Source: Candidatus Magasanikiibacteriota bacterium | GTDB lineage: Bacteria; Patescibacteriota; Patescibacteriia; Magasanikbacterales; UBA922 | Assembly (NCBI GenBank): GCA_043825135.1 | Contig: JBDRSF010000015.1 | Coordinates: 1,559-65,558, forward strand | Length of the DNA: 64,000 nt | Direction of reading: 5' to 3' | In this document: one piece after another, positions 7,184 through 16,410 of the stretch | Position numbering within the stretch: the first letter of the stretch is position 1 | How the letters are laid out: each line of letters begins with the position of its first letter | The notes under the pieces: generated by a model | What the model was told of the DNA's origin: nothing | What the model saw: the letters and a program-made list of their open reading frames with translations, nothing else | Databases searched by the model: none | Translations under genes and position numbers: made by a program

Positions 7184-8428
7184 ATGATAAATACTTACGA
7201 TCTAATAGTAATTGGCGGTGGCCCAGCTGGAATAATGGCCGCTGGGATAGCAGGCTCAAGAGGTTTGCGAGTTTTATTGTTGGAAAAAAATAAAGATCTT
7301 GGCAAGAAAATTTTGATTACAGGCAAAGGCAGGTGCAATGTCACTCAAGCAGAGTTTAATTTACGTAAATTAGTTGAAACTTATGGTAAAGATGGAAAAT
7401 TTTTGTTTTCCTCTTTTCATCAATTTGGACCACGGGAAATAATGGATTTTTTTGAAAGCCGTGATGTTGAGTTAAAAATTGAGAGAGGTGGACGCGTATT
7501 TCCAGTTAGTGACAATGCTCGTGATGTGGTGAGTGCTTTGAAAAAGTTTTTAAAAGAAAGCAAAGTTGAAATTATGTATAATGCTAGTGTTAAGGGTTTT
7601 GATCATGAGGATGGCGAAATAAAATCAGTAAAACTTGCCGGTAACAAGAAAATAAAAACAAAAAATTTATTAATTGCCACCGGAGGATTATCTTATCCAG
7701 TAACTGGATCAACTGGTGATGGTTTTAAATGGGCCAAAGATTTTGGTCATACTATTGTGGACACAGATCCGGCTTTGGTTCCTTTAAAAATAAAAGAATC
7801 TTGGACAAAGAAATTACAAGGATTAACAATGAAAAATGTAAGTCTAACCGCCTGGCAAGGCAAGAAAAAAATTACTAGCCGACAGGGTGATATGTTGTTT
7901 ACTCATTTTGGTATTAGTGGTCCAATAGTTCTTGATATGAGTAAAGAAATTATTTCAGCAGAGAAAAAAGGGCAGGTTGAATTATCTTTAAATTTAAAAC
8001 CAGCTTTATCGCGCGAGCAGTTGGATGATAGGATCCAAAGAGATTTTAAAAAATATAATAACAAAGTTTTCAAAAATGCTTTATCAGATCTAGTTGCCAA
8101 AAAAATGATTCCAATAATAATTGAGCAGTCAGGAATTGATCCAGAAGAGAAAGTTAATAGTATTACTAAGGCAGAGCGTTTAAAATTTCTTGAGTTATTA
8201 CAGAATGTAAAAATGACAGTGACAGGCAATACCGGATATATTCAAGCCATAGTAACGAGCGGGGGAGTAAGTTTAAAAGAAATTGATCCCAAAACCATGC
8301 GATCTAAAATAATACCAAATTTATATTTCGCTGGTGAAGTACTAGATATTGACGGCCCGACCGGGGGTTATAATTTACAAGTGGCGTGGGGGACAGGATA
8401 CACTGTGGGGGAGTCTGTGGAGTGGTGA
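7184..8428 (+). CDS. HI0933/YhiN(BaiN)-family FAD-dependent flavoprotein
   Basis: YDLIVIGGGPAG dinucleotide-binding motif, TGKGRCNVTQ and GFDHEDGEIKSVKL signatures of the HI0933-like family; start overlaps the end of the previous ORF. Confidence 0.8.
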   Translation: MINTYDLIVIGGGPAGIMAAGIAGSRGLRVLLLEKNKDLGKKILITGKGRCNVTQAEFNLRKLVETYGKDGKFLFSSFHQFGPREIMDFFESRDVELKIERGGRVFPVSDNARDVVSALKKFLKESKVEIMYNASVKGFDHEDGEIKSVKLAGNKKIKTKNLLIATGGLSYPVTGSTGDGFKWAKDFGHTIVDTDPALVPLKIKESWTKKLQGLTMKNVSLTAWQGKKKITSRQGDMLFTHFGISGPIVLDMSKEIISAEKKGQVELSLNLKPALSREQLDDRIQRDFKKYNNKVFKNALSDLVAKKMIPIIIEQSGIDPEEKVNSITKAERLKFLELLQNVKMTVTGNTGYIQAIVTSGGVSLKEIDPKTMRSKIIPNLYFAGEVLDIDGPTGGYNLQVAWGTGYTVGESVEW

Positions 8429-8433
8429 TAGCC

Positions 8434-8637
8434 GTGTCATTGCGAGGAGTGAGAATACGGAGCCTGTCCTGAACGAAGTGAGAGGAACGTGGCAATCCCA
8501 TTCATAGTATTAATAATTATGATTATATAATGTAAAAAAGATAACCCTAATTTGGAAGATTTATGAGAAAGGTTTTGAGCGTTGATGTTTGGGATTGCTT
8601 CGTCAGTCGATGCGAATCAACCTCCTCGCAATGACAC
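8434..8637. repeat. family A MITE-like element (TIR GTGTCATTGCGAGG / CCTCGCAATGACAC; internal GGGATTGCTTCG...GATGCGAATC)
   Basis: Terminal inverted repeats seen directly; related copies at 9259-9353 and 60265-60381. Confidence 0.7.
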
Positions 8638-8676
8638 TTTAGAAATTTTAATAAATAATTAACTTAGAATAAAAAT

Positions 8677-9189
8677 ATGGACAAAAAATTAATTCTATTG
8701 ACAATTACAATAATATCACTAGTTGTCGTGTCCGGTTGTGGGCAAAAAAGTCTGACAGAAAAACAAATTGAGAAAGCAATGGAGGATCAAATGGGTCAAG
8801 ATGTTAATGTTGATTTAGACAGTGGTGCAGTAAAAATTGAAACTGCAGATGGTGTTAGTTTAGAAACAGGTGAGGATGTTTCTTTGCCAACTGATTTTCC
8901 CACAGATGTCTATGTTGTGGATGGTCAGGTTATTTCGGTAATGAAAAATGTTATGGGAGCAGATTATCAGGTGACTATTAAGACCGATAAATCAGTACCA
9001 GAAGTAAAAGATTTGTATGAAGAAAAATTAGTAGATGATAGTTGGGAAATTGGCCAATCTTTTGCTATGGCTGATGTGGTAATGCTGTCTGCCAGCAAAG
9101 ATGATCGTACAGTTTCGATTTCTGTGAGTGATGATGAAGATAGTGATGGTGTATTGGTTATTATAAACATAATAGAAGGTTTAAATTAA
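8677..9189 (+). CDS. lipoprotein (hypothetical)
   Basis: Signal peptide with lipobox VVSGC; acidic secreted domain. Confidence 0.6.
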   Translation: MDKKLILLTITIISLVVVSGCGQKSLTEKQIEKAMEDQMGQDVNVDLDSGAVKIETADGVSLETGEDVSLPTDFPTDVYVVDGQVISVMKNVMGADYQVTIKTDKSVPEVKDLYEEKLVDDSWEIGQSFAMADVVMLSASKDDRTVSISVSDDEDSDGVLVIINIIEGLN

Positions 9190-9209
9190 TTTTGTTCAAT
9201 AATATTGAC

Positions 9210-9253
9210 TAAAATAAATTACCTACTGAGATATCTCAGTAGGTAATTTATTA
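9210..9253. repeat. ~44-nt perfect palindrome with 20-bp core CTACTGAGATATCTCAGTAG (copy 1 of 3); probable bidirectional terminator/operator
   Basis: AATAAATTACCTACTGAGATATCTCAGTAGGTAATTTATT; core recurs at 18108-18127 and 58298-58317. Confidence 0.7.
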
Positions 9254-9258
9254 TTGAT

Positions 9259-9353
9259 GTGTCATTGCGAGCGTAGCGAAGCAATCCCATGCTTTGACGC
9301 TTTAAAGATTGGGATTGCTTCGCCCCGATGCGAATCGGTGCTCGCAATGACAC
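9259..9353. repeat. family A MITE-like element (compact copy)
   Basis: GTGTCATTGCGAGCGTAGCGAAGCAATCCC...GGGATTGCTTCGCCCCGATGCGAATCGGTGCTCGCAATGACAC. Confidence 0.7.
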
Positions 9354-9355
9354 AG

Positions 9356-11506
9356 TTAATCATACCTAATCACCCCACGTTCATTATTAACCCGATAATG
9401 CGCAATGGCTAGTTTTAATTTATGGTAATCAAATTTACCATTGAATCTGTTGTAAAGGATAGTTAACTTGTTTGGAATTCCGTTTGTTTTTATGTCTTCA
9501 AGAATTTTTTTCAAATCTGGTTTACTGATAAATTTGGCGATATCAATATCATAGCCTTTTTCATAAAGTTCTGCTAGGTGAGAATAAATAGTTTGTTCTT
9601 TTAGGTTTCTCTCTCGAGCAATTTGGGCGACGGGCATGCCTTTTTGATAATAAACATAAGTTAATTCTTGGGTGGTGCCTTGAGTTTTTTGACCCTCTTT
9701 GTCGCGGGCTTGTACAAAGTCAGCAATGGCAGTAATAAACAATTTACCATAAGTTTGAAATTTTTTGTCACCAACACCACTGATTTGTTTCATGGCTTTT
9801 TCAGTCATTGGTTTGTTATCAATCATCTGATTTAGGGTCGCATCATTAAATACTAGATAAGGTGGAATATTTTGTTTTTGTGCTAGACCTCTTCTTAGTT
9901 CACGCAAAATATCAAATAATTCTTCATCAGCAGTTTGGCGAGCTGATTTTGGTCGGGCTTCTTCGGTGCGTTCTTGTGCTCTTTGTTCAATAGATTGAAT
10001 AGTGACAAATTCAATTTTTTTGTTACCTAGCAAAACTTCTTTGCCAAGCGGAGTAATTTTTAAATTATAATTTTGATCATAGGCAATATCAACCAGGCCC
10101 ATGTTGAGCATTTGCAATAAATAATGTTGCCAGTCTGGTGGAGTAATATCTTTTCCAGCTCCGTAGGTTTTTATTTTATTAAAACCGCGTGTTAAAATTT
10201 CCTGCCGGTTTGATCCGCGCAAAATATCAATTAACAAATTAGTACCCACATTTTCATTTACCCGATAAATAGCTGACAAAGCTTTTTGTGCAATCTCTGT
10301 GCCATTCATTATTTCCGGAGGATTTTTGCAAACATCGCAGTTGCCACAATTATCTTCTTTATGTTCGCTAAAATATGATAATAAAATACGACGACGACAA
10401 ATAAGAGCATCGGCATATTGTTGCATGCGTTCTAGTTTAGCTAGTTGTAGAGTCGGCTGACCGCTTTCCATGGCAAATCTGCGTAGTAATATTACATCAG
10501 CCATGGTATAAAAAAGAATTGTTTCGCTTGGTAGACCGTCTCGTCCTGCACGCCCAATTTCTTGATAATAACCTTCTATGTTTTTTGGTAAATTATGATG
10601 AATGACAAAACGCACATTTGATTTATCAATTCCCATACCAAAAGCAATTGTTGCCACAATAATATTGGTTCGGCCGTGAATAAAATTTTCTTGAGTTTTT
10701 GATCTGGTGTGAGAATCAAGCCCAGCGTGATAATGTGAAGCTTTGATATTTTCTCGGTTTAAAGCCGAGGCAACTTTTTCGGTTTGCTTGCGACTAAGAC
10801 AATAAATAATGCCAGATTCATTTTTACGTTTTTTTATAAAATCAATAATAACATCCAAGCGTTTACGAGCCGGTAAAACTGTTAGGGATAAATTTGGTCG
10901 GTCAAATGAAGAGATGAAAATTTTGGGATTTCTTAAATGTAATTGGGTAACAATATCTTTGCGCGTAATTTTGTCAGCTGTGGCTGTGAGGGCGATGATA
11001 GGTGTTTTTGGAAACCTGTCTTTCAATTGTCCGAGCTGGGTATATTCCTGCCGAAAGTCATGACCCCAAGATGAAATACAATGTGCTTCATCAATGGCAA
11101 ATAAAGACACCTCAATTTGATTAAGTAAATTTTGAAAACTAGCCGTAACTAATTTTTCCGGTGATACATAGAGTAATTTTAATTCATTATTTAACAGCGC
11201 CTGTTCCACTTCGCGCGCTTCATCTTGTTCAAGTGAACTATTTAAAAAATTTGCCGCCACGCCATTTTCAATCAAGCCCTCAACCTGATCCTTCATCAAA
11301 GCAATAAGAGGGGATACTACGATTGTCACGCCCGGTAGAAGTGTGGCTGGTAATTGAAAACACAAAGACTTGCCCCCGCCGGTGGGCATCAAAACCAAAC
11401 AATCCTGACCTTCTAACACAGTCTCAACAATTTCTTTTTGATCAGACTGAAACTCATTAAAGCCAAAATTGTGTTTAAGTGATTTGTGGATTAGTTCTGG
11501 GGTCAT
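9356..11506 (-). CDS. recQ: ATP-dependent DNA helicase RecQ
   Basis: 716 aa; helicase motif I PTGGGKSLCFQLPA, motif II DEAHCISSWGHDFR, RQC zinc-binding Cys cluster, HRDC-like C-terminus. Confidence 0.9.
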   Translation of the reverse strand: MTPELIHKSLKHNFGFNEFQSDQKEIVETVLEGQDCLVLMPTGGGKSLCFQLPATLLPGVTIVVSPLIALMKDQVEGLIENGVAANFLNSSLEQDEAREVEQALLNNELKLLYVSPEKLVTASFQNLLNQIEVSLFAIDEAHCISSWGHDFRQEYTQLGQLKDRFPKTPIIALTATADKITRKDIVTQLHLRNPKIFISSFDRPNLSLTVLPARKRLDVIIDFIKKRKNESGIIYCLSRKQTEKVASALNRENIKASHYHAGLDSHTRSKTQENFIHGRTNIIVATIAFGMGIDKSNVRFVIHHNLPKNIEGYYQEIGRAGRDGLPSETILFYTMADVILLRRFAMESGQPTLQLAKLERMQQYADALICRRRILLSYFSEHKEDNCGNCDVCKNPPEIMNGTEIAQKALSAIYRVNENVGTNLLIDILRGSNRQEILTRGFNKIKTYGAGKDITPPDWQHYLLQMLNMGLVDIAYDQNYNLKITPLGKEVLLGNKKIEFVTIQSIEQRAQERTEEARPKSARQTADEELFDILRELRRGLAQKQNIPPYLVFNDATLNQMIDNKPMTEKAMKQISGVGDKKFQTYGKLFITAIADFVQARDKEGQKTQGTTQELTYVYYQKGMPVAQIARERNLKEQTIYSHLAELYEKGYDIDIAKFISKPDLKKILEDIKTNGIPNKLTILYNRFNGKFDYHKLKLAIAHYRVNNERGVIRYD

Positions 11507-11519
11507 AAATTAGGTGAAG

Positions 11520-11630
11520 CAGAATAAATTTCCAAATAACAATTTCCAAATAGCTTGATAAGAATGCAATATTTGATATTTGAAAATTGATATTTATTTG
11601 GAAATTGTATTTTGGAACTTGTCAGAATAA
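11520..11630. promoter_or_regulatory. intergenic region with four copies of a TTTCCAAAT motif (two direct, two inverted) upstream of recQ
   Basis: AAATTTCCAAATAACAATTTCCAAATAG ... ATATTTATTTGGAAATTGTATTTTGGAAC. Confidence 0.35.
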
Positions 11631-11633
11631 TTT

Positions 11634-12017
11634 TTAAAATAGTTTTAATTTCTGTGATCTCGTCATCTTCTTTATTTCCATCTCTCGCTTAGTCGCTAGG
11701 CTTCGGTTCTTATGTTTTTCAGTATAGACTAATTTAAATGGAAGTCGAGTGCGAACATACTTGGATCCAGTTCCTTGGCGATGACTTTCCAGCCTTCGCT
11801 CCAAATTAGTAGCAATGCCAGCATAAAGCGATCCATCAGCGCATTGTATTATATAAAGGGTGTACATACGAGCAGTATTATAGCACCTATTGACAAAATC
11901 CTCAAAATATGTTATACTATTGTCATCAAATTCAGTATTGTTAAACAAACATAGTCGAGTTTGCCTTTGTCCATTCTGGATAAAAGCACTATGCTGAGAT
12001 TGATTATTCCGCTTCAT
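11634..12017 (-). CDS. GIY-YIG nuclease family protein (UPF0213/YhbQ-like); true start probably internal (MYTLYII...)
   Basis: YTLYIIQCADGSLYAGIATNLERRLESHRQG...KYVRTRLPFKLVY matches the GIY-YIG motif. Confidence 0.7.
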   Translation of the reverse strand: MKRNNQSQHSAFIQNGQRQTRLCLFNNTEFDDNSITYFEDFVNRCYNTARMYTLYIIQCADGSLYAGIATNLERRLESHRQGTGSKYVRTRLPFKLVYTEKHKNRSLATKREMEIKKMTRSQKLKLF

Positions 12018-12050
12018 GCGGATAGATTACTCATGTTGTTTTACAATATT

Positions 12051-12251
12051 ATGCCACAAGGTACTATTGCCAGACTTACCGACAAGGGGTTTGGTTTCAT
12101 TTCTCGCGAAGGTGAAGAAAAAGATCTTTTCTTTCACTCAAACGAGCTTGTAGACGTAGCTTACAACGATCTTCGCGAAGGCGATACCGTTGAATTCGAA
12201 GTCGAAGAAGGTCCAAAAGGTTTGAACGCTGTTCAAGTTAAAAAGGTCTAA
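12051..12251 (+). CDS. cold-shock protein (CspA family)
   Basis: 66 aa MPQGTIARLTDKGFGFISREGEEKDLFFHSNEL... with RNP1 motif KGFGFI; followed by terminator hairpin 12270-12298. Confidence 0.85.
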   Translation: MPQGTIARLTDKGFGFISREGEEKDLFFHSNELVDVAYNDLREGDTVEFEVEEGPKGLNAVQVKKV

Positions 12252-12269
12252 CTTTTTACAAGTTTAAAG

Positions 12270-12298
12270 ACATCCTCGGAAACGGGGATGTTTTTTTT
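12270..12298 (+). terminator. rho-independent terminator after csp
   Basis: ACATCCTCGGAAACGGGGATGTTTTTTTTT. Confidence 0.6.
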
Positions 12299-12311
12299 AT
12301 TTTTTTATAGG

Positions 12312-12353
12312 TTGACTGGATGGTTAGCGGAATGGTAAAATAGGTGTGATAAT
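12312..12353 (+). promoter_or_regulatory. promoter(s): TTGACT-18-TAAAAT plus extended -10 TGTGATAAT
   Basis: Shares the AGGTTGAC...GGAATGGTA architecture with promoters at 13946 and 15525. Confidence 0.4.
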
Positions 12354-12369
12354 ATTTAATTTTTTAAAT

Positions 12370-13206
12370 ATGGAGGAATCAAAAAATAAACTCGTTATTT
12401 TTCAAGATAAACAAATTCGTCGTATTTGGTATAACGATGAATGGTTTTTTTCAGTCGTGGATATTGTAGAAGTGTTGACGGAAAGTCCTTATCCAAGGCA
12501 ATATTGGGAAAAAGTAAAGCAAAGGGAATTTATAGAACTTCAGTTGTCCCCAATTTGGTTACAACTGAAATTACCGAGTGCTGATGGCAAAAAATACGCT
12601 ACAGATTGTGTTAATACAGAAAATGCTTTTCGTATAATTCAATCTATTCCATCACCAAAAGCCGAACCTTTTAAGAGATGGTTGGCAATGGTAGGTAAGG
12701 AAAGACTTGATGAAATCGAAGATCCTGAATTAGCACAAGAACGAATGAAAAAATTGTATGAGCAAAAAGGGTATCCAAAAGATTGGGTTGATAAGCGATT
12801 GCGGGGAATAGCTATTCGTCAGAATTTGACTGACGAGTGGCAAGATCGAGGCATTACCAATCAAAAAGATTATGCAATTTTGACGGCAGAAATATCAAAA
12901 GCGACTTTTGGAATGACTCCCAGTGAGTATAAAAATTTTAAAAATATTTCTGACAAGTCAAAAGCAAATTTAAGAGATAATATGACAGATCTAGAGTTAA
13001 TTTTTACCATGTTAGGTGAAAAGGTTACGACAGAAATTTCTAAAAAAGAAAAACCAAAAACTATGCCGGCAAATAAAAAAGTGGCCAAACGAGGTGGTGG
13101 AGTGGCCGGCAAGGCGAGAAAAGATACAGAGGGGGAATTAGGCAGGAGTGTCATGAGTAAAAAGAATTATTTAAAAAGCAGAGTGAAAAACAAAAAATTG
13201 AAATAA
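12370..13206 (+). CDS. Bro-N domain protein, DinD-like (DNA-damage-inducible protein D family)
   Basis: N-terminal Bro-N-like IRRIWYNDEWFFSVVDIVEVL; C-terminal ELIFTMLGEKVTTEI...KKVAKRGGGVAGKARKD resembles E. coli DinD; paralog at 43212-44075; ORF-track start 12346 is GTG, ATG at 12370 preferred. Confidence 0.55.
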   Translation: MEESKNKLVIFQDKQIRRIWYNDEWFFSVVDIVEVLTESPYPRQYWEKVKQREFIELQLSPIWLQLKLPSADGKKYATDCVNTENAFRIIQSIPSPKAEPFKRWLAMVGKERLDEIEDPELAQERMKKLYEQKGYPKDWVDKRLRGIAIRQNLTDEWQDRGITNQKDYAILTAEISKATFGMTPSEYKNFKNISDKSKANLRDNMTDLELIFTMLGEKVTTEISKKEKPKTMPANKKVAKRGGGVAGKARKDTEGELGRSVMSKKNYLKSRVKNKKLK

Positions 13207-13218
13207 ATTTAAAGTTTT

Positions 13219-13830
13219 ATGAACATAATTTTCCGAAAACTATTTAAAAGTATCCCGCCTGAAAAAGAGGGTAAAGAGCTTTTACTACGAGCCAATGCGT
13301 CGGCTTTTCGGGTATTTCAAGACGAAGGTTTTCGCAAGCTGATGGGTTTTGACAAGCAATCACAAGTTGAGCAAGATCGGATTTTTAATGAGTTGTGTGT
13401 GACGGCAATTGTTTATCTGATGTTTATGATAGAAGGTAAGCTATATTTTGAAAAAGTTGTGCCAGAGAGAATCAGGTTTTGGAATAGCTTGCATGATATG
13501 GTTCCTGATCTACATGTCAATTATCTAAAATCGCTCGGCATTGATGAACAAAACGCCAGCATCTGGAAAAAGCTAATTCAAATGCGCCGTCGTGAATACA
13601 AAGACAACCGCCGACTAACCCGAAGTGCTTGGGCCAAAGAACTGGCCACGAGTAAAGCTAGCCCTGAATTTGACGAGTTGGCAGTCCGGCTTGAAACACT
13701 TACCATTGGCGCACTTGATCACATCACCCGCGGACAAGCCAGTCCTGATTTCCAAGACCCTCTACGCCGTCACCTCCGCACCTGGCTCAGCACCCTAGAG
13801 GCGAGGCTGTATAAGAGGGTGGGGTGGTGA
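13219..13830 (+). CDS. hypothetical protein
   Basis: 203-aa ORF, no recognisable motif; 3' third noticeably GC-richer than surroundings. Confidence 0.4.
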   Translation: MNIIFRKLFKSIPPEKEGKELLLRANASAFRVFQDEGFRKLMGFDKQSQVEQDRIFNELCVTAIVYLMFMIEGKLYFEKVVPERIRFWNSLHDMVPDLHVNYLKSLGIDEQNASIWKKLIQMRRREYKDNRRLTRSAWAKELATSKASPEFDELAVRLETLTIGALDHITRGQASPDFQDPLRRHLRTWLSTLEARLYKRVGW

Positions 13831-13874
13831 TATACTACATAGTGTCGATATGGGTGGGGTGGTTGACACACTAG

Positions 13875-13899
13875 AGACACTTTCTTAAGGTGTCTTTTT
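13875..13899 (+). terminator. rho-independent terminator
   Basis: AGACACTTTCTTAAGGTGTCTTTTT. Confidence 0.55.
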
Positions 13900-13945
13900 A
13901 TTTTATACTATAAAAAATAGTATATACTATTTTAATATCTGTAGG

Positions 13946-13975
13946 TTGACCAAAAGGGTTGGGAAGTGGTATGAT
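13946..13975 (+). promoter_or_regulatory. promoter TTGACC-18-TATGAT with conserved GGGAAGTGG spacer
   Basis: GGTTGACCAAAAGGGTTGGGAAGTGGTATGAT; near-identical spacer/-10 at 15525-15555. Confidence 0.45.
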
Positions 13976-14004
13976 AGATATATATAAAAAAATAAATTAA
14001 AACT

Positions 14005-15462
14005 ATGAAAAAAATATTATTTTTATTTTCAACAATCTCTATCTTTGCATTTTTTTTATTTGTTCCTAAATTATTTGCCACCACCTGTCCTTTAACTTTG
14101 CAAAAATCCTATAAATCACCAGACTCAAGTTCAGTTTATTACATTACTAAAGATTGTACTAAAAAGGCCTTTAAAAAAGCTGATGTATTTTTTACATATT
14201 TTGATTCGTGGAAAGATGTTAGTGTTGTTTCGAATGCTGTTTTATATTCTATTACTTACGATGATATTATTTTTATGCCTTGGGGGCCAAAGTATGATCC
14301 TAAGTATGGTGCTTTGACAAAAACCATTAATGACTCAAAAGTGTATTTGCTCTTGGGTGGTAAAAAATACTGGATAAATTCGGCAGATGTTTTTAATGGT
14401 CTTAATTATTCTTGGAATTGGATAGAAGATGTGGATCAAAGACTATTGGATAAATACCAAGTTGGTAGTGAAATTAATTATACTGACCACCACCCTAATT
14501 ACACAGTAATTAAATATGCTAATGATCCAAAGGTTTATAAGCTTCAACCTGATGCCCAAGATCCAACCAAACAGGTTGAAATTTACATTCAAAATGAAGC
14601 TGAATTTAATGCTTTGGGGTTTAGATGGGATAGAATTGTAACAATTGAAAATGGCAAAACTTATAAAGAGCCAGATGATATTGCTGATAATGCGCGTTCT
14701 TTCAATATGCTGGTGTTTATAGATGAAAATTCTTTCACTATTTCCGACCAGGAACTGGCTGACTATTTTGAATTTAGTGACGAATTATTTTATGACCGTA
14801 CCCAAACTCACCTCGCGCTCATTCCCAGCGGAGTCTGGCGGGTGAAGCTCGACGAAATGGAAGATATTGAAAAAACATTAATTGACACACTTGTCTCCAA
14901 TAAAGAAACTTTTAAAAATGCCAATGGTTTTGTTTTTTTTAGTACTGTCAGTCCTCTAGCCAAGATAGCCGGTGGTCATACCATGTCTTTTTATCCTGTA
15001 CACAATGGATTAGGAGATTACTGTAACACTTTTTCTTCATACGATGAAACTGATTTCTTATACGGAAGCATAATAGATTGGGGTCATAAATACGGTATCT
15101 GTGGGTATAATGAAGATGGTGAGTATGTAAGTAATACTTCTATCAATGGTCAGTGTCGTGGTCAAGCTGGAATTGAATGCGTACTTAAATATGATTATTA
15201 TATGTGCAAAAATTTAGTAGATGAATATTATGCGACTGACCCACGCTTGATGTCAGTTTCTACAATAATTCATGAAATAATGCACTTTTTTGGCGAGAAT
15301 GGTACAATGGACCACTATGGAACAGCTGACTGCCAAAATTATCCTGTACCAGAAAAGACCTTTAATTGTTCTTCAGCAGATATGTCTGGTTGTTATTTTG
15401 GAATGTGTCCTTATACCTATCTAAATTTTCAAAATTCAACAAATAAATGTGATAATAATTAA
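14005..15462 (+). CDS. secreted Cys-rich protein with HExxH zinc-metallopeptidase motif
   Basis: Signal peptide; IIHEIMHFFGENGTMDHYG (HEIMH); many C-terminal Cys; terminator hairpin GTACGTATAATAATACGTAC plus T-tract follows. Confidence 0.5.
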   Translation: MKKILFLFSTISIFAFFLFVPKLFATTCPLTLQKSYKSPDSSSVYYITKDCTKKAFKKADVFFTYFDSWKDVSVVSNAVLYSITYDDIIFMPWGPKYDPKYGALTKTINDSKVYLLLGGKKYWINSADVFNGLNYSWNWIEDVDQRLLDKYQVGSEINYTDHHPNYTVIKYANDPKVYKLQPDAQDPTKQVEIYIQNEAEFNALGFRWDRIVTIENGKTYKEPDDIADNARSFNMLVFIDENSFTISDQELADYFEFSDELFYDRTQTHLALIPSGVWRVKLDEMEDIEKTLIDTLVSNKETFKNANGFVFFSTVSPLAKIAGGHTMSFYPVHNGLGDYCNTFSSYDETDFLYGSIIDWGHKYGICGYNEDGEYVSNTSINGQCRGQAGIECVLKYDYYMCKNLVDEYYATDPRLMSVSTIIHEIMHFFGENGTMDHYGTADCQNYPVPEKTFNCSSADMSGCYFGMCPYTYLNFQNSTNKCDNN

Positions 15463-15524
15463 ATTGTAAGGAATATTTTTTAATTTAGTACGTATAATAA
15501 TACGTACTATTTTTATTTACCTAG

Positions 15525-15555
15525 TTTGACTGGAGGGGTGGGGAAGTGGTATGAT
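15525..15555 (+). promoter_or_regulatory. promoter TTTGAC-19-TATGAT (GGGGAAGTGG spacer)
   Basis: TTTGACTGGAGGGGTGGGGAAGTGGTATGAT. Confidence 0.4.
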
Positions 15556-15572
15556 GGGTGTATAAAATAAAC

Positions 15573-15789
15573 GCACAACATTCTAATTATTAATGAAAAT
15601 ATCTGGCTTACACAAAAAAGAATAGCCGAGCTTTTCGGGGTTGATGTGAGGACCATTAGCGAACACCTGCAAAATATCTTTAAAAACGGTGAATTGGAAG
15701 AAAATTCAGTTATCCGGAATTTCCGGACAACTGCTTCTGATAATAAAAAACATGAAGTTATTACTAACATCCGCTGGTTGGGAAAATAG
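15573..15789 (+). pseudogene. RhuM-family N-terminal fragment (no start codon; truncated)
   Basis: Frame encodes ...NIWLTQKRIAELFGVDVRTISEHLQNIFKNGELEENSVIRNFRTTASDNKKHEVITNIRWLGK*, homologous to the N-terminus of the intact RhuM/Fic gene at 16411; overlapped by the S51 peptidase ORF in another frame. Confidence 0.5.
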
Positions 15790-16402
15790 TCTTGTCATCG
15801 GAAAAGAATTTATAAAACTTGTCAATAAAAAACCTTCTGATATTAGGATACTTTTTGTTGTCACTCCGCTTAAATATCCGAAAAGAAACAAATATGTTAA
15901 ATGGCTCTTTGAAAAATTAAAAGTGGTTAATATACCAGAAAAAAATATTACTTTTTTTAAATTGGATAGAAAAGTCAAACCAGATGATTTGAAAAATATT
16001 GACGTTATCTTTGTTTTTGGAGGAAATACCTTTGATTATTTGGATAGAATTCGAAAAACAGGCCTTGATAAAATGATAAAAAGCTTTGTAAAAAAGGGTG
16101 GAGTTTATCTTGGGCTCAGTGCTGGCAGTTATGTTGCTTGTCCAACGATTGAAACCGCCACTTGGAAGCATGCAGATAGAAATAAAATAGGGCTTAAAAA
16201 TCTAACCGGCTTGAATCTTGTGCCTTTCTTAATAACATCTCACTTTGAAGAAAATTTACGCCCATCTATTGAAAAATCTGCCAAATGTACAAAACACCAA
16301 GTCATTGTTTTGACCGATGAACAGGCAGTGTTGATTAACGGCAAAAGTATGAAAATTATAGGAAAAGGTAAGAAGAATGTTTTTAATTTGAAGAAGAGAT
16401 AA
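15752..16402 (+). CDS. peptidase S51 (dipeptidase E / cyanophycinase-like) family protein
   Basis: MKLLLTSAG..., VIFVFGGNTFDYLDRIRKTGLD, GVYLGLSAGSYVACPTIE (Ser nucleophile) motifs; start taken at internal Met 15752. Confidence 0.7.
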   Translation: MKLLLTSAGWENSLVIGKEFIKLVNKKPSDIRILFVVTPLKYPKRNKYVKWLFEKLKVVNIPEKNITFFKLDRKVKPDDLKNIDVIFVFGGNTFDYLDRIRKTGLDKMIKSFVKKGGVYLGLSAGSYVACPTIETATWKHADRNKIGLKNLTGLNLVPFLITSHFEENLRPSIEKSAKCTKHQVIVLTDEQAVLINGKSMKIIGKGKKNVFNLKKR

Positions 16403-16410
16403 AGATTACT

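Noticed and set aside
7090-7293. 67-aa ORF in alternate frame across the DUF2207/HI0933 junction
   Set aside because: Overlaps the Gly-rich tail of the DUF2207 gene and the start of the flavoprotein; repetitive GGT-derived V/L-rich translation
11961-12050. N-terminal extension of the cold-shock gene
   Set aside because: Overlaps the GIY-YIG gene on the other strand; Csp family proteins start at MPQGT/MxxGT ~66 aa
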